DNA of 64,000 bases from Octopus sinensis (GCF_006345805.1 NC_043000.1:31992001-32056000); one strand, 5' to 3'. Positions 1 through 15,145 are shown, numbered from the stretch's first letter. Notes: generated by a model from the sequence alone, not told the origin. Numbers and translations: made by a program.

Positions 1-70
1 GAACACTATACAAATATTCTTTTAAAAAACTTTTCTTTTAATTTTTCTAAATTTAATTATTTAATTGTTA

Positions 71-106
71 CAGTTGAAAAGGTCTCAATGACTGAAACCG
101 GTACTG
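71..106 (+). ncRNA. Degenerate minimal type I hammerhead ribozyme motif
   Basis: cag-TTGAAAA-ggtc(tcaat)gact-GAAA-ccgg-TA-ctg. Stem I cag/ctg, stem II ggtc/gact, palindromic stem III ACCGGT. The core has 2 substitutions versus CUGANGA. The downstream tail ends in (TA)n. Confidence 0.55.
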
Positions 107-259
107 AAATGTCCTTTATAAAATTATTTTAGCATTTTCTATCATGACTTGCTTTTTCATATATATATATATATTTTTCAAAATGTGATCTCTTGAGCAC
201 CACCAGCAAAAAAATTTTTTTCCTCTGTCTTCCCTTCTCGGGATCTTTCCTTCTCCTTT

Positions 260-294
260 GTTTCCGACGAAGAGCTCCGCTCGAAACGTTAAAC
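260..294 (+). ncRNA. Minimal type I hammerhead ribozyme motif (U4C core variant)
   Basis: gttt-CCGACGA-a-gagc(tcc)gctc-GAAA-cg-TT-aaac. Stem I gttt/aaac, stem II gagc/gctc. Loop-less stem III (ACGT) can form only in a dimer. The tail runs into (TA)n at ~404. Confidence 0.7.
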
Positions 295-399
295 CCTACT
301 TCCCTTCTTTATTGAGCGTCAAATAATACTTTAATTGTTCCACGTCCTCGCGTTGCTGTGTTTCTTTCTGTGTTTCTTTCTGTGTTTTCTTGTTTGGAT

Positions 400-441
<42 letters not shown>

Positions 442-519
442 AACTCGCTTTATGTAATTGAAACTGTCTCAAATTCAAATAGACATCTGTGTATTATACT
501 TTCTATTGAAAGGCGTTAA

Positions 520-830
520 AAACTGGCATTCCGTGAGTTACAACGACGAGGGTTCCTATTGATCTGATCAATGAAACAGACAGCTCGCGAAATTAACGTG
601 CAAGTAGCTGAGTACTCCACAGACACGCGTAACCCTTAACATCTCAGGGAGAGTCAGCGTCACACAAAATGTAACGAGGTTGGTCTTTTGACCAACAGGT
701 ACAATTTCTTTTGCCAGCTGAGTGGAACATCGTAAAATAAAGTGTCTTGCTCAAGAGCACGACGCGCCGCCAGGGAACGAACTCGTGACCCTACGATTGA
801 GAATTGAATACACTATCCAGTAGAGCACGC
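520..830 (-). mobile_element. tRNA-derived SINE (CORE/V-like central motif)
   Basis: The minus strand reads a tRNA-like head (B-box-like gagttcgttccc) followed by gtgctcttgagcaagacactt, a motif typical of CORE/V-type SINEs. Confidence 0.55.
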
Positions 831-1489
831 GCAAGGTATGATGATATATAGCAGAGCGAGACGAAATTGTCCCAGCAGTTATTCACGAGAACAGCAGATG
901 TTTTTCAGCATCCTTGAGACTTATCAGTGGCGTACACTCGCTCCGTCTGCTTTGACGTACGGCGAATACAGTGAATAATACATCCACTGATATTGAAGAA
1001 AGCCGCCGAGTTGAATAAAAAAAAACTCAGTGTACACAAATGAAATAGCTTTAAATTAAAATAGCCATTTGTGTATCATATACAACATATATGCATCATT
1101 GAATAGCATGATTCTCTAGTTACCATCTCTTAATAGATGTACTCTATAGAAACTTGATATCTATCGGAACGAGATTCTATCGTTCTGTCAGTGATTCACG
1201 AAAGCTCCAGATGTATTTCAGCCCGGCGGCTATTCGCAATATCTGTGAATGCGTTATTTACTGCCTTCTATATATCGAAGAGAACAGGTTTCGTTTAGGC
1301 ATGTGACAAACAGGTAAACGTCCTTGACAAAAAGACTGAAGAGCATCTGACGTTCTTGGGTCAACTGCTAGGGTAATTATAGTATCGCTCTGATAGGCAT
1401 TATATTTGTAGCACAGCAAGTCTTGTAAACAGACTTTATCTTGGACGAAAACAGCGGCATCATTCCTGCCAACGATATATATGTATGTA

Positions 1490-2007
<518 letters not shown>

Positions 2008-2106
2008 ATATTATATAGTCTATTGACTATTTTTTTCTTTCTCACTTGACCGCTGGTAGCGGAGAATTTTTCTAGAATTTTTTGCTACCCTAAAATTTAT
2101 TAATTA

Positions 2107-2251
<145 letters not shown>

Positions 2252-3198
2252 CACACACACACACACACACTCACACACACACAGATAAATAGACAGACAA
2301 ACAAATAGATAGATTTGTGAGATGTCTGACCGATTGAACCTTTCCCTATAATATGACCAATACATATTTTATCGACCACAATTCAATTAAAGGCAAAATC
2401 GACTGAAGCGGGTGTTGAATGCAGATGGTATAGTTTTTGTGGCACTTTAAGATCTTAAACCGATTTTATTATAAGCGATATGAATGCCATTTACAAATAA
2501 AACCTGTGGTTAAAGAACTATCATTTAAAGACTTGTTGAAAAGTATTTCCTTTTGTTTTCGAAGAGTTTCATATTAAACGGTGTAATTTTTAATATAAAG
2601 AATATATTTTTAACAAACGTGAAACAACTAATTAATTGTCGGATGTGGATGATTGACCTAAAAACAGCTGATAGTAAATACAATATGAATACGCCATTAG
2701 AGTGGATTTCAGGTTATCCAAAATGAAATCATTAAAACAGCTAAAAACAAGTAGACATTTTCCTTTATGATTCATTAATTCCTGTTCATTTAGTAATTCA
2801 TTACACCTCTAAAGTCTTAATTTAAATTATTTGCCCTGATTTTAGAGTGTATTTCTCCTCCTCAACTAAAGAGTTATAATTCGTAATTGGAAATGATTGA
2901 ACTGTGAAACATTTTAGCCGATCGGTTGGCCATTTATCAGAGACTAAATTAGTTTTCCCTATTTTCAAATACATACTTGCACACGCACACACACACACAC
3001 ACAAACATATATACACATCCACAAACACACACACACGCATATCTACTTACATTAGTGCATGTATGTGTATGTGTGTATATAAATACAAATATACATATAC
3101 ACACGTATATATGTGTGCATGTATGTATGTATGTACAGACAGACAGATAGATAGATAGATAGATAGATAGATGATAGACGTTCATATATGTGTGTATG

Positions 3199-3230
<32 letters not shown>

Positions 3231-4531
3231 CATGTATATACATACATACATACATACACATACACACACATATATATATATATATGAATACACACATGCA
3301 TTATATATATACATACATACATGTGTATGTGTGTGTGTGTGGTGTGTCTTCATTAAGTTTGTCTATGCAGTATTTTTTTTGTTTCCTCTTTTAACTTCCT
3401 CCGCTGGCCATACCACTTTCATAATTACATTTCCCTTGTTAAAGATCATTTCAGATCTAACTACTTAACTTATTTCAATATATTTAGAAACTGCTTACAA
3501 CTGTCTGCTGCTTGGATGTTAATTCTAATGAAATAATATATTTATTTTAAGAATTATACAATGAAACACTCTATGGATGCTTCTGAGGAGTAAAGATTAC
3601 TTATCGCCAATTATAATCTCCCTCATACATCAAATCAGAACATTTTGTTGCGCTATCATTCATCCTCCATTACAAACTGTATGAGTAACCTTCCCCTCGC
3701 ATTTACTTACATAGAAATATAGTATACCAAGACAAGATTCCGTTCCTATAGTTCACGGCACTATAACCTTTCCATTCCATTGACCCACTTTCTCATGCAC
3801 GTGAAGATGCTTCGAACTTTAGACACCCTTATATATTTTTCATGAATTTTTATATTTATACAAACAACCAAACAATTACATTTAGATATAGCTTTCCGTT
3901 GCTTCAATTAAGTCTTACTCGAGTAATTCTGGGATCAAAAATATTCCGACTATGACCATCACACCTTTTTAAAAAACAGAGTACGTCTGGGATTTTATAA
4001 TGAAACATTACCTACCGTTTTAAGACAGGGTGGTATGATTTGAGAAATGTGACTGCTATTACTACCAAATCGGGTAGGCTGGGTGGGCTAAAATGAAAGT
4101 CGATACTAACAGTATTTGAATTCAAATACTGAAAGACGGAGATTAACATTCGAAGTCATATTGGCGGGTGCTCTTCAATCTCCACAGAGCTTCTCGCCTT
4201 CATTATAACTAAGCTAGAATTTGAATTAGGCGCACATACCTTTTATTGGAAGGAAGAGGATAATGAAGAGTCTAAAGATTCATGTTCTCAGCGAGATTAT
4301 TAGCAACGTAAGTAATGTGAAACGGTTTTATTGTTTTGTCTTGGTTTTGTGCAAAGATGGCTGCTACTCGACCAACGAACATCTGGCTTCTTTCTCAGAC
4401 CTGCCTACTACTCGTTCGAAATATTTTTTTTTAAATATTTCAAAATACTCTCTTTGGTAGACAATCACGCGTGTATACATATACATGCTCGCACAGACTC
4501 AGAGAGGCACTCAAACACACACACACACACA

Positions 4532-4599
<68 letters not shown>

Positions 4600-4803
4600 A
4601 TATATATAATATACATACATAAAGATAAAAATGGGTGTAAAACCATTCATCAATATGTTACACAAATGTAAATATAATTGTAAAGAAAGAATGTAGTCTA
4701 TTTTATTCCTTCAAAATAGACTTATAGATATTATATAATATAATTAAGTAACAAAATATGCGTTTATGAATTCGTGTTGCAAGATATCTGATGTGAAACC
4801 GTG

Positions 4804-5188
4804 TGTTGTATTTTGGGATGGTCATTTTTTGTTTGTTTGTTTGTTTTTTCTCTATTTTTGCCAAATAAGCACACTCACTGTATATTTGTTCTTCACTCGT
4901 TTATTACTGTTCTTATTCTAACTCATGTCCATTGTCTGGAAATCTTTCGTCATACGTTTGTAATTTCTTCAGCGACACTTTTCGTCTTCGTTCTCTGAGA
5001 ATGGAATAAGTGGAGCAAGAACACGCACGGAGATGGAAAGTGTCGCTGAAGAGGTCACAGATGTGTGACGAAAGATTTTTGGACAATGGACATGACTTAG
5101 AATAAGAACTGTAATAAACGAGTGAAGAACGAATATACAGTGCGTGTCTTTATTTGGTAGACAAAAATGACCATCCAAAAATACAACA
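4804..5188. repeat. Fold-back inverted repeat (4804-4981 / 5037-5188) with a degenerate HHR-like core in each arm
   Basis: The arms are reverse complements. The right arm contains CTGAAGA-g-gtcaca(gatg)tgtgac-GAAA. Confidence 0.85.
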
Positions 5189-5533
5189 ATAACAAAATAT
5201 CATTAAGAAGATAATCCAAAGTAAAACTTTACAGCTGTTTCAAAAATACTGGTTAATCCAGTAATGCGCCAATGTGCATTATGCAGACAGATGTACATAA
5301 TAACGCTACAAGACATAGCACAAAGCGAAAAATTAACAGATAAATAGAAGTCAACTCAAGCTATAGAAGCTTACATATACAGATACATACATAAGCACAC
5401 ATAAGCACATACATACATAAGCACACACACATACATATGATACATCAGATACAAATAAGAAAAAAGCAATTTGTTAGGTTATTATTAGGTTGACGCTCAA
5501 AGATGCAAAAAGGTTACAGAGTAAATGTATAAC

Positions 5534-5568
5534 GTTTAACGTTTCGGGCATAGTCCTTCATCAGATGG
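5534..5568 (-). ncRNA. Degenerate minimal hammerhead motif
   Basis: Minus strand: CTGATGA-a-ggac(tat)gccc-GAAA-cg-TT-aaac, the same layout as 260-294. Stem I is broken. Confidence 0.55.
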
Positions 5569-6904
5569 TCGAAAATGTTTAGGAGAGACAAAGAAGAGAA
5601 GAAAGAGAGTTTGAAAAAAGTTAAAGAGTAAGTAGAAAACGCATGTGGTTTAGGTTCATATACACGCTCACACACGCTTTGCAACCGAAGCAATTGGATA
5701 CTCTCGGCATCTCTGACTACTGGTGGACCTTTAGCAACATAATAATGTAAAAATGTAGTCTTTCAATAATTTCTCTCTTAAAATGTTGAGAAATATCCTA
5801 AGAGAATTTTTTACATTTTAATTATGTTTTGAACAATTCAATTTCTTTTGCCATCTAAACAATTTTAACTGTCCTCTTAAATATTATTTACAGTCGATAA
5901 CTTAATTATCATCGACTAATAACGATACGAGAATAATTGATGACATAATTACTAAAAATTAGAATAGTTTTAAAGAAGTGTTATTCATTAGTTGTCTTTT
6001 ATAATTGAAGTGTCCGTTTCTTTCACGATACATAGAATGCAATAACACAAGTTCTATGAAGAAAACGGCAAACTATCACGTGGACACAGAGAACTAGTGG
6101 CATTTTATGCTTATATGGCCTTGTCTTTTCTGGAAGCTTCAACTCATGGAATCGAAGTGCTCATCATGGGATACTCTATGTCTTGAGGACTTTTCACAGT
6201 CTGATGGAACCAAACCCTTTTCAGATCTGATCACAGGCAATTTCTTCCAGAGAGGAAGAAGCAAAGTAATTGAGAGAGAAAGAGAAAGAGAGAGAGAGGG
6301 AGAGGACTGCTAAGCCAGTACTGAAGACTTATATAGACTCTGAGGACTATAACAGAGAACACCAGGGTTACTTGTGTTGTAACCTCATACAACGAGTGTA
6401 CAACAATGAATAACAATAGTGCCCTGGAAGTATCACTGAAGGGGTGTATAGTAAACAATAACGTTGGATACATCTTGTATTATTGGTCTGTGAAATTGTA
6501 ACCATCACAAAATATCAACAACTAAATCGTGTTAGAACTAAGTTAATCTTTTTCGGCTCCATTGTTGTCAGCACTAGATTGCGGAGCTTTTATGAGATGC
6601 TTGATCTACTAGAAGTAGAGACCAAATATCCCTCAAATTACACTTTATCCTCTTAGAAAATAACTCGTTGCATGATGTAGCTCTAAATCCCCGGCGCATA
6701 GGGAAAAGACGGTAGTGTCACGGCTGGAATCCTTTTGATCGTAGGTCTGCTCGATCAGGGTTGTCCCAGAGTTAAACACCACAGCCAACAACAACATACA
6801 CAGAAAAAATATATAAGAATGGAGAAAGTACAACGTTCCAAGACTTCAACGCAACAAAAATTAACTACTATATGTTGGAATGTAGAATAGGTTCCTCAAC
6901 AGTA

Positions 6905-8261
6905 GCAGAGTTCCTAAAACCATTTTTTACCGTATTTCCCTTTTTTTACCAATTTCAAATCTTGATGCCCTCACTCATATATGATAAATGAATCCATTAA
7001 TACAATTATAATACTGCAGAAAATTACACAATTTTTGATTAGCTTTAATAACTACAACCTTAAATAGTGTCGTATATTCTTGGATTCTGATATTCTTATA
7101 TTCTTACAGTTTTATATTCCTATACTTCTATCAGCCTATATTTCCAGACTTTTTCCTGGAATACTGAAATTTTCTTATTGGTGGGGAGGGAGGTACCCCA
7201 TCACCAAGATTAAGATTTACAAAAAAACAAGATGAATTCATAGCAGACCCAGTTCTATGGAACTGCGGAGAGATCCACTCATAACAGTTCTCGTGATTAC
7301 CCTCGTGACATGCGGCGGTTTGATTATGACTAACATGGAGTTACACAACAGCAACAACAACATCAACAACATCAACAAGTTCAATTGGGTGTGCAACCAA
7401 AGCGGAGTACCAGAGATCGAACAGAGTTCGCTCCACAATGGGCCCGCCTACAAATTATGCAAACGAAACTCAGGAATACGACCTACATGGTTCCCAGAAG
7501 AAGCTCATGAATGGACGTAGAGGATGGAATTCAAATCTGCTAGGCACTTGCGCCGTACCGTCGTCCTAAATAAACTAAATTCACTTTCGGGATTCTACTT
7601 CAGATGATGTAGCAAGTTTTACAATTAATATTGGTTACCAGAGTCACAGCGAGTCAATTGAAAAACTGTTCGGCCCGTTAGAAATAGTAGCTAAATTTCC
7701 CTCAACTCATTTATACTCAGCTGACTTAACAAAAGGAAGATCATATTGGATAGTGAAATCTTAAATGCGTTAAGTCTGAAAAGAAAATTAAGACCGAGTA
7801 GGCACGGCTGGAGCGTCTTATATCATTAGTTTTCCGCATAACCAAACCACTGCATGTCACGAGGGTAATCACGAGAACGGTTATGAGTGGATCTCTCCGC
7901 AGTTCCATGGAACTGGGTCTGCTATGAATTCACTTTTTTTTTTTTTGTAAATCTTAATCTTGGTGATGGGGTACCTCCCTCCCCACCAATAAGAAAATTT
8001 CAGTATTCCAAGAAAAAATCTGGAAATATAGGCTGATAGAAGTATAGGAATATAAGACTGTAAGAATATAAGAATATCAGAATCCAAGAATATACGACAC
8101 TATTTAAGGTTGTAGTTATTAAATCTAATCAAAAATTGTGTAATTTTCTGCAATACTATAATTATATTAGTGGATTCATTTATCATATATGAGTGAGGGC
8201 ATCAAGATTTGAAATTGGTTAAAAAAGGAAAATACGGTAAATATGGTTTTAGGAACTCTGC
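6905..8261. repeat. Long inverted repeat, arms ~418 bp (6905-7322 / 7843-8261), ~520 bp spacer
   Basis: gcagagttcctaaaacc...gattaccctcgtgacatgc is matched by gcatgtcacgagggtaatc...ggttttaggaactctgc with few mismatches. Confidence 0.95.
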
Positions 8262-8487
8262 CTTAAGCATTCAGATTGCTCTGTCAAAATGTAATCCTTA
8301 TTTATTCATATTGTTTTGAATTAATCATTGATTATCTCGTAGCTTTGAGATTTCGATGATGGGATAGTTCATGTTTGGAATAACATTGTAGGGTAGGTGT
8401 GAAAGGCCGGATCTGACCGGTCTGACAAAAGAAAAACAGGTAGAATATTTGGGCCGGATATGGGGCCAGTTTAAATGCTAAACGGCC
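8261..8487. mobile_element. Short MITE-like element with degenerate TIRs
   Basis: Ends ccttaagcatt... and ...aatgctaaacgg are approximate reverse complements; ~225 bp, non-coding. Confidence 0.45.
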
Positions 8488-9243
8488 AAACAACAACAAC
8501 AACAACAGCCAAAAGAGGACCCTACTCGAAAGCGATTTTAATAATTATCTGTGACTGAGAATATCAAAACCGGATTTTTTTCTTTATTTTCGTTGTGTTT
8601 TTTTTTACTGTTGTAGTTTTTTTTTCTTTTCGCTTTTTTTAAAAATTTTTTAGTAGAATTTTGTAAATCAGACATTTAACCAGAGGAGCAAAACAAAACA
8701 AAAAACGCACATTCTTTAAAAGAAGAAAAGAGAGAAGCCGGAAACGAGTAGAAGAGAAGGAAAAGGGAGAGGATAAGAGATTCGGAGGGGGGGGAAGATG
8801 GAGGAGAAGGAGGGGATGGAGAAGAGTGCAATTTTAACGATATGTAAATGAGGTTTTAAAACGATTATATTTGTTCAACAAGAGAAAAGTAAATTTGATA
8901 AAATGGAGAGAACTCATATTTCTATATTGGGTATAAAAGACGGCATTAAATGGAGTCGCTAGATTAGTTTGAATAGATTAGTTTAGTTTTTTTTCCCTCT
9001 GCATGTGGTGTGTGTGTGTGTGTGTGCATAGATACCATACATACATACACACATGCATACACACACACACACACACCACACACCACACGAACACATATAC
9101 GCACATACCAAGCTACAGTGGGAAGATACGTATATATGCACCTGTATATTTATACATATACATGTATATATGTATAAATCTCCCCCTCTCTCTACACACA
9201 CATATATATATACACACATATATATGCATATATATATATATTA

Positions 9244-9274
<31 letters not shown>

Positions 9275-9360
9275 ATATATATATGCTATATATAAATATA
9301 AATATATATATATATAATATATATATATATATATACATATATATGCATATATATATATAG

Positions 9361-9411
<51 letters not shown>

Positions 9412-9469
9412 GCATATATGTGTGCGCATTTGTATTTACGTGTAAAGTATATTAGAGAACATTTCGAAC

Positions 9470-9503
9470 ATTATCATTATTATTATTATCATTATTATTG
9501 TTA

Positions 9504-9562
<59 letters not shown>

Positions 9563-9745
9563 GCTATTGCTATTGTTATTATTATTATCATTATCGTTAT
9601 CATTATTATTATTATTAGATTCTGTCAAAATTTCAAAAAAGGTTATTAGGAACAAAATCAATAAATTTTATTTCTGAAACATACAAGCCTCGTTATCTTC
9701 CTCATAAACTGTTTTGTGACGGTGGAATTCTGCCCACCCCAACCC

Positions 9746-9811
<66 letters not shown>

Positions 9812-9862
9812 ATTTTCTCTCTCTCTCTTTCTATCTCTCTCCCATCTCTCTCTCTCTCTCTC
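9470..9862. repeat. (TAT)n and (CT)n microsatellites
   Basis: Read directly: 9470-9617 and 9746-9862. Confidence 0.95.
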
Positions 9863-10172
9863 GCTCTTTCTCACCCCTTCTCGCCCTCACTCTCTTTTGT
9901 TTCTCTTTCTTCCTTTCTCTCTCTGTATTTCATACACACATACACTTATATATATATGTCTGTACGCGTGTGTATGTATGAGTACGTGCCTGAGTGAGTA
10001 TGTATGTATATATACACAAACATATATGCATAAATATATACAAACCTTCAATTATATACACACACATATATGCATGTATATATATATATATATATATATA
10101 TGCACATAAATACATCGATAGAAAGATATACATATGTATATGCACAAGCATACACAAGTGTATATATATACG

Positions 10173-10215
<43 letters not shown>

Positions 10216-10239
10216 GTATGTGTGTATGTGTGTTAAATG

Positions 10240-10280
<41 letters not shown>

Positions 10281-11016
10281 ACATACGCATGTTTATACAT
10301 ACAAGCTTATATGCATATTTATACGTTTGTACGTATTTGTGAGGATTTAATGTGAAATATGAGTTTAAATAAATTGACTATGTGAGGTGTCTTTAAGTGT
10401 ACATGATTTATGTATTTATTTATTTATTTTTAACTTGCTCATGCGCTTGTCTGTCTGTTGGTCTGTCTGTTCCTCCATTATCTGTGTATTTATTCCACCC
10501 CCACCCCCCATCCATGCACAGAGGGAGTGAAAGAGTGAGTGGAAGAAACATCGAATTCTGAATTCACTGGTGCGCATGTCACGAGGTTGCTGTTTTTGAA
10601 CAGCCCACAAATCAAGTAGGATTTTACAAGTAATTCTATAAAAAGGCATTCCGTACATGACTAACTCACTTTTTGTTTGAAGCATAATTCTACCACGAGC
10701 CACACATGCCAATATGTTATTTCCTGTTCAGTAATAGCTGTGTCATTTGAGGGAGATGTGGCTCTTATTTCTAACAAATAAATTACTAACCCTTCGTATA
10801 GCCTTCCGTTATTGGTCATTATGTTCCTTTTATATGTAGGTCCCTTGTCAAGTTAGTTCTGTGGTTTCTAAGCTATGATGTGTGTACACTTCAAAAGCAG
10901 TATAGTATGTCATTTTTAAGATGGGCATTCTACAGCTGCAGCAGCCGAGCGAGTCTTTAATATAATGGCGGACTTGATTAATAAATCAAAAATCATGTGA
11001 CGAAAGAAAATAACTT

Positions 11017-11750
11017 TGATGGTATGTTGCCAACTTAATGTGGCAGTCCCATGAAAGGGAAGAATGCTACTGCTATTTAGCCCTAAGAAACCGTTTCCAG
11101 TTGGCCATGACACATTTTCTGTGTCCTTATGTTTTTAAAGGGGAGATAAGCACCTCCACCCAGCAAAACCAGCAGCCAGAGATTAGTTTCAGAGTCATTG
11201 CTCATTATCAGTCTGGAGTAGCATGGCTTTCTAGCTGTCGATGCTTATTCGCCTTTGAAAACATATAGATATGTAGTAGCATTCTTCCCTTTCACGGGAC
11301 TGCCACATTAAGTTGGCAACATACCATCAAGTTCTTGTGCTGCTACTGTATAAATCTCTCTGAGAGATTTAGAAATGTATTTTTTCTATTTTCAAAAATC
11401 AGTGAATGTATTTCACATGAAATACATGTTTTAAAAGGCGAATAAGCATCGACATCTAGCAAGCCATGCAACTCCAGACTGATGACGAGCAATGACTCTG
11501 AAACTAGTCTCTGGTTGCTGGCTTTGCTGAGTGAAAGTGTTTATCTCCCCTTTGGAAACATAAAGACACAGAAAGTGTGTCATGGCCAACAGGAAACGGT
11601 GTTTCCTAGGGCTAAATAACAGTAGCATTCTTCCCTTTCCTGGGACTCTCACATAAAGTTGGCAACATACCATCACTTCATCGTGCTGCTACTGTATAAA
11701 TCTCTCTGAAAGATTCAGAAATATAATATTTCTATTTTCGAAAATAAATT
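11017..11750 (+). mobile_element. Non-autonomous PLE-like pseudo-LTR unit: inverted copy plus partial tandem direct repeat, hammerhead-bearing
   Basis: 11017-11263 is the reverse complement of 11425-11675. 11275-11400 is a direct repeat of 11621-11750. An HHR lies in both long arms. Confidence 0.8.
11474..11514 (+). ncRNA. Intact minimal type I hammerhead ribozyme motif
   Basis: ccaga-CTGATGA-c-gag(caatga)ctc-t-GAAA-ctag-TC-tctgg. Stem I ccaga/tctgg, palindromic ACTAGT stem III, GUC site. A degenerate antisense copy lies at 11176-11216. Confidence 0.85.
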
Positions 11751-12284
11751 GTTGAATTTTTTTTTTTTTTTCTAGGTACAATACAGAAATTGAAGCAGGA
11801 GGGGCAAGATAATGTGATTATGTGAGATTATACCTTTAGGGAATTGAAAGGCGGGGGTGACACAAAAACAAACGGCAGCCAATTAGTTTAATTTAACCAA
11901 TTTTATACCGCAGCATGATCACGTGACCAGCTACAAATACCAGACAAATCACCCTTAAATCACAAATTACCGTCTTAATGAAAGAAAGTATACACCTCAC
12001 ACGTAACGACATGATGGTTATGGCTGGAATTCGGCTCGTAATATAACTGCTTGATAAGGGCTGATTTGAACAAACGCAGCAAGAGCGATAGTAAAAGTAC
12101 ATGTTCTACGGTTTCTGGAATAAGGTGAAAGGAAGTACTTGCCCAAGGCACATGTGCCACCTGATCGATTACTAAACACTAACCACTAGGCCACCCGTTT
12201 ACACACTCACACATAAACATACACACATAAACAGACAGACAGACAGACAGGTAGGTAGATAGATAGATACATACATAACATACA

Positions 12285-12315
<31 letters not shown>

Positions 12316-12362
12316 GTTTCTTTATTAGCTACACAGGGCTGCACACAGACGGGACAGATTAC

Positions 12363-12441
<79 letters not shown>

Positions 12442-13439
12442 CAACGAATGGTGTCCGAAGAAATGTGTCATTCGTATTTCAAAGAGAATTCTTAACACAA
12501 TACAGGAAAAAGTTTGTGTGGAGTATTGTAAAAAAATATATGGGGAAAACTAAAAAGGTTTGATGAAAAATTTAACGTAAGTGCGTGTAATAATATTTCC
12601 GTGGTGGCCTCTTCAATCGGGTACATCTTTAGGATTTTTAGAGGTACATACGCAAGCATCGGCATTATGAGAGAAACTCCGATCTTGTATTGAAGTAATT
12701 AACGGAATGAGGTATTCCAAATTTGTTTCCTTCTTTCATTCATGAATGTCTACAAACGCAATCAAGTATCGTTTGTTTGTGTCAAAAGTGAACTTTGCCA
12801 TTCCACAATAGCAGATTGAAATACAGAGATCAATATAATTTACTAAACACTTGAAGACAGCGCTCCATCACAGCTGCAGTCGAATTACTGAAGCCTGCAA
12901 AAGTATAAATGTTGCCAAACATATAATTTGGTTGTTATTTAGACCGCAAGAGTATCAGTGTTGTCTTAGTAGAGCAGCCGACTCAGTATTAGTGCATTTC
13001 ATATTTAATCAATACCGAAATAGATTAAAGCCTTCTTCCTTTAATGATGAAAGAAGAACAAACGTAGAAATCATTCGTACTTAATCATTCAATGGAATAT
13101 TGTGAATTAACGGTTCTTTAAAGAACATAAAAGGCTTTTTTTTTTTTGGTAAAGATAAAGGAATGGGAATTAAACTGTTTTAACAATTCTCTTAGAACCG
13201 CGACACATTTCCCCAACTATCATTAAGTAGATGCGAGTGTCTTACATATTTTTCTCTTCTCCGACCATCATTTTCCTCGCCTTTCTTTCTTTCTTTCTTT
13301 CTTCTTTCTCTTTCCCTTTATTTCCGTCTTTCCGCTTCCTTTCCTCCCTCCCTCTCTCCCTCCTTCACTCTTTATTTCCGTCTTTCCACCTCCCCCTCTC
13401 TCTTCGTCTTTTTTTATTTCCTTCTTTCCGCTTCACTCC

Positions 13440-13479
<40 letters not shown>

Positions 13480-14175
13480 ATTTCCGTCTTTCCACCTCTC
13501 TCTCTCTCCCACTTTCTGTTTATCTGTCTGTCTGTCTCAGTTCCTGTTTTAGGAAAGTAATTTTAATTCTTCACCCGATTCTACGCAGCCTCCTGTTTCA
13601 TGGGTCTTTCTAACGAAGCCCTTTCTTTCTGTCTGGATGGGGTCCGGCGTCATGATAACTTTTTCTTTTCTAGTCTCAAAGAAAATCATGATGGCTATTC
13701 TGCTATTGTCTGAGTTATTAAAAAAATCTCAGCTATAAGGAATAAACACAGACACGCTATCTGCGCATTAAAAGAATAGCTAAGTTAGTGTTAACATAAA
13801 TAATGCAGATAGAATAAAAAATCTAACTGAAAATAAGTTGAGAGGAAAATAGAAAATGTTAATCAACAATCTATATTGTTTTTATCATTTAGGAAGAATT
13901 AAGGCGACATTTCTTCCGACGTTATATCCTGAGCTCGAATGCCGCGGGAGTGGAACTTTCAACCTTTCGGGATCGATAAGTACCAGTTGTGCACTGGAGT
14001 CGATGTAACCGACACATCCCCTCCTCAAAAATTACTGTCCTTGCAGCAAAATTTGAAGCCTTAATTATTATTATTGTTGTTGTTGTTGTTTTTGTTGTTG
14101 GTAGTGTTGCTGCTGTTGTTGTTGTTGTTGTTGTTGCTGCTGCTGTTGTTGTTGTTGTTATTGTTATTGTTATTG

Positions 14176-14228
<53 letters not shown>

Positions 14229-14232
14229 CAAG

Positions 14233-14450
14233 CAGGCGGAATCGTTAGCACACCGGACAAAATACTTAGCGGTATTTCGTCCGTCGTTACGTTCTGGGTT
14301 CAAATGCCGACTCGGTCGACTTTGCCTTTCATCCCTTAAGAGTCGATAAAATAAGTACCAGCTGTGCACTGGAGTCGATGTAATCAACTTGACTACACAC
14401 CCCACACCCCGGAAATTGCTGACCTTGTGCCAAAATTTGAAACCATTATT
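14233..14450 (+). mobile_element. tRNA-derived SINE, abundant family
   Basis: ggcggaatcgttagca...gggttcaaatgccg...gtcgactttgcctttcatcc...aagtaccag...gtcgatgtaatc. Degenerate neighbours at ~13920-14060 and ~14490-14680. The motif recurs about 10 times in the window. Confidence 0.8.
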
Positions 14451-15145
14451 TAGTGAATAATTAAGAGGACAAGGAAATAAGACGACGAGCATGCAAATTC
14501 GTTAGCGCGTCGAACAAAATACTCAGCGGAATTTCTTCTGGCTCATTTCGTTCTGATCTCAAATCCCGCGAAGTTCAACTTTGCGTCTTTTGGGGATCGA
14601 TGAGTACAACAACCGATGAGTACAACCAATCAAGTACAACAAAGGTCAATGTAATCGATGAAATGTTTTGAAATTTGAAGTATTTATTATTTAAGGAAGT
14701 AAGGGAGACAACCGTAGACAGGTCTTGGTCTTGTGAATTCTCTATTTTTTCCGTTAAAACAGAACTAATCGATGATGTATAAGACATCATTGAAAGTTTA
14801 AACTAATTGGATATATTCAGGATTGGTAATTTAATTCCAGTTAAATCAACTGAATGGCTGCAGAAATCCTATGCTTTGACCCTCAAAATAAGAGGAAAAC
14901 GCTACTGGCAGGTCACGAACTTACAGCTATTGATTAAAGTGCTCGCTCTGGTATCCATTTAACTGTGCAGCACTTCATTATTGCAAATGAACGACATCAT
15001 GGAAGTCCAATTACAGAGAATATTTTGAGAGGCACCAAGTCTCAGAGCTGCAGGGAAGGCAAACACAACGAACAAAGAATTATTCTATCCGTAATTAAAA
15101 ATGAAATGAATGCTCTCCGTAACTTTTTCAACATGTACACACATG

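Noticed and set aside
855-935. Minus-strand CTGATAA-gtctc...gggac possible hammerhead
   Set aside because: The GAAA half is missing and stem I is mismatched; too degenerate to call.
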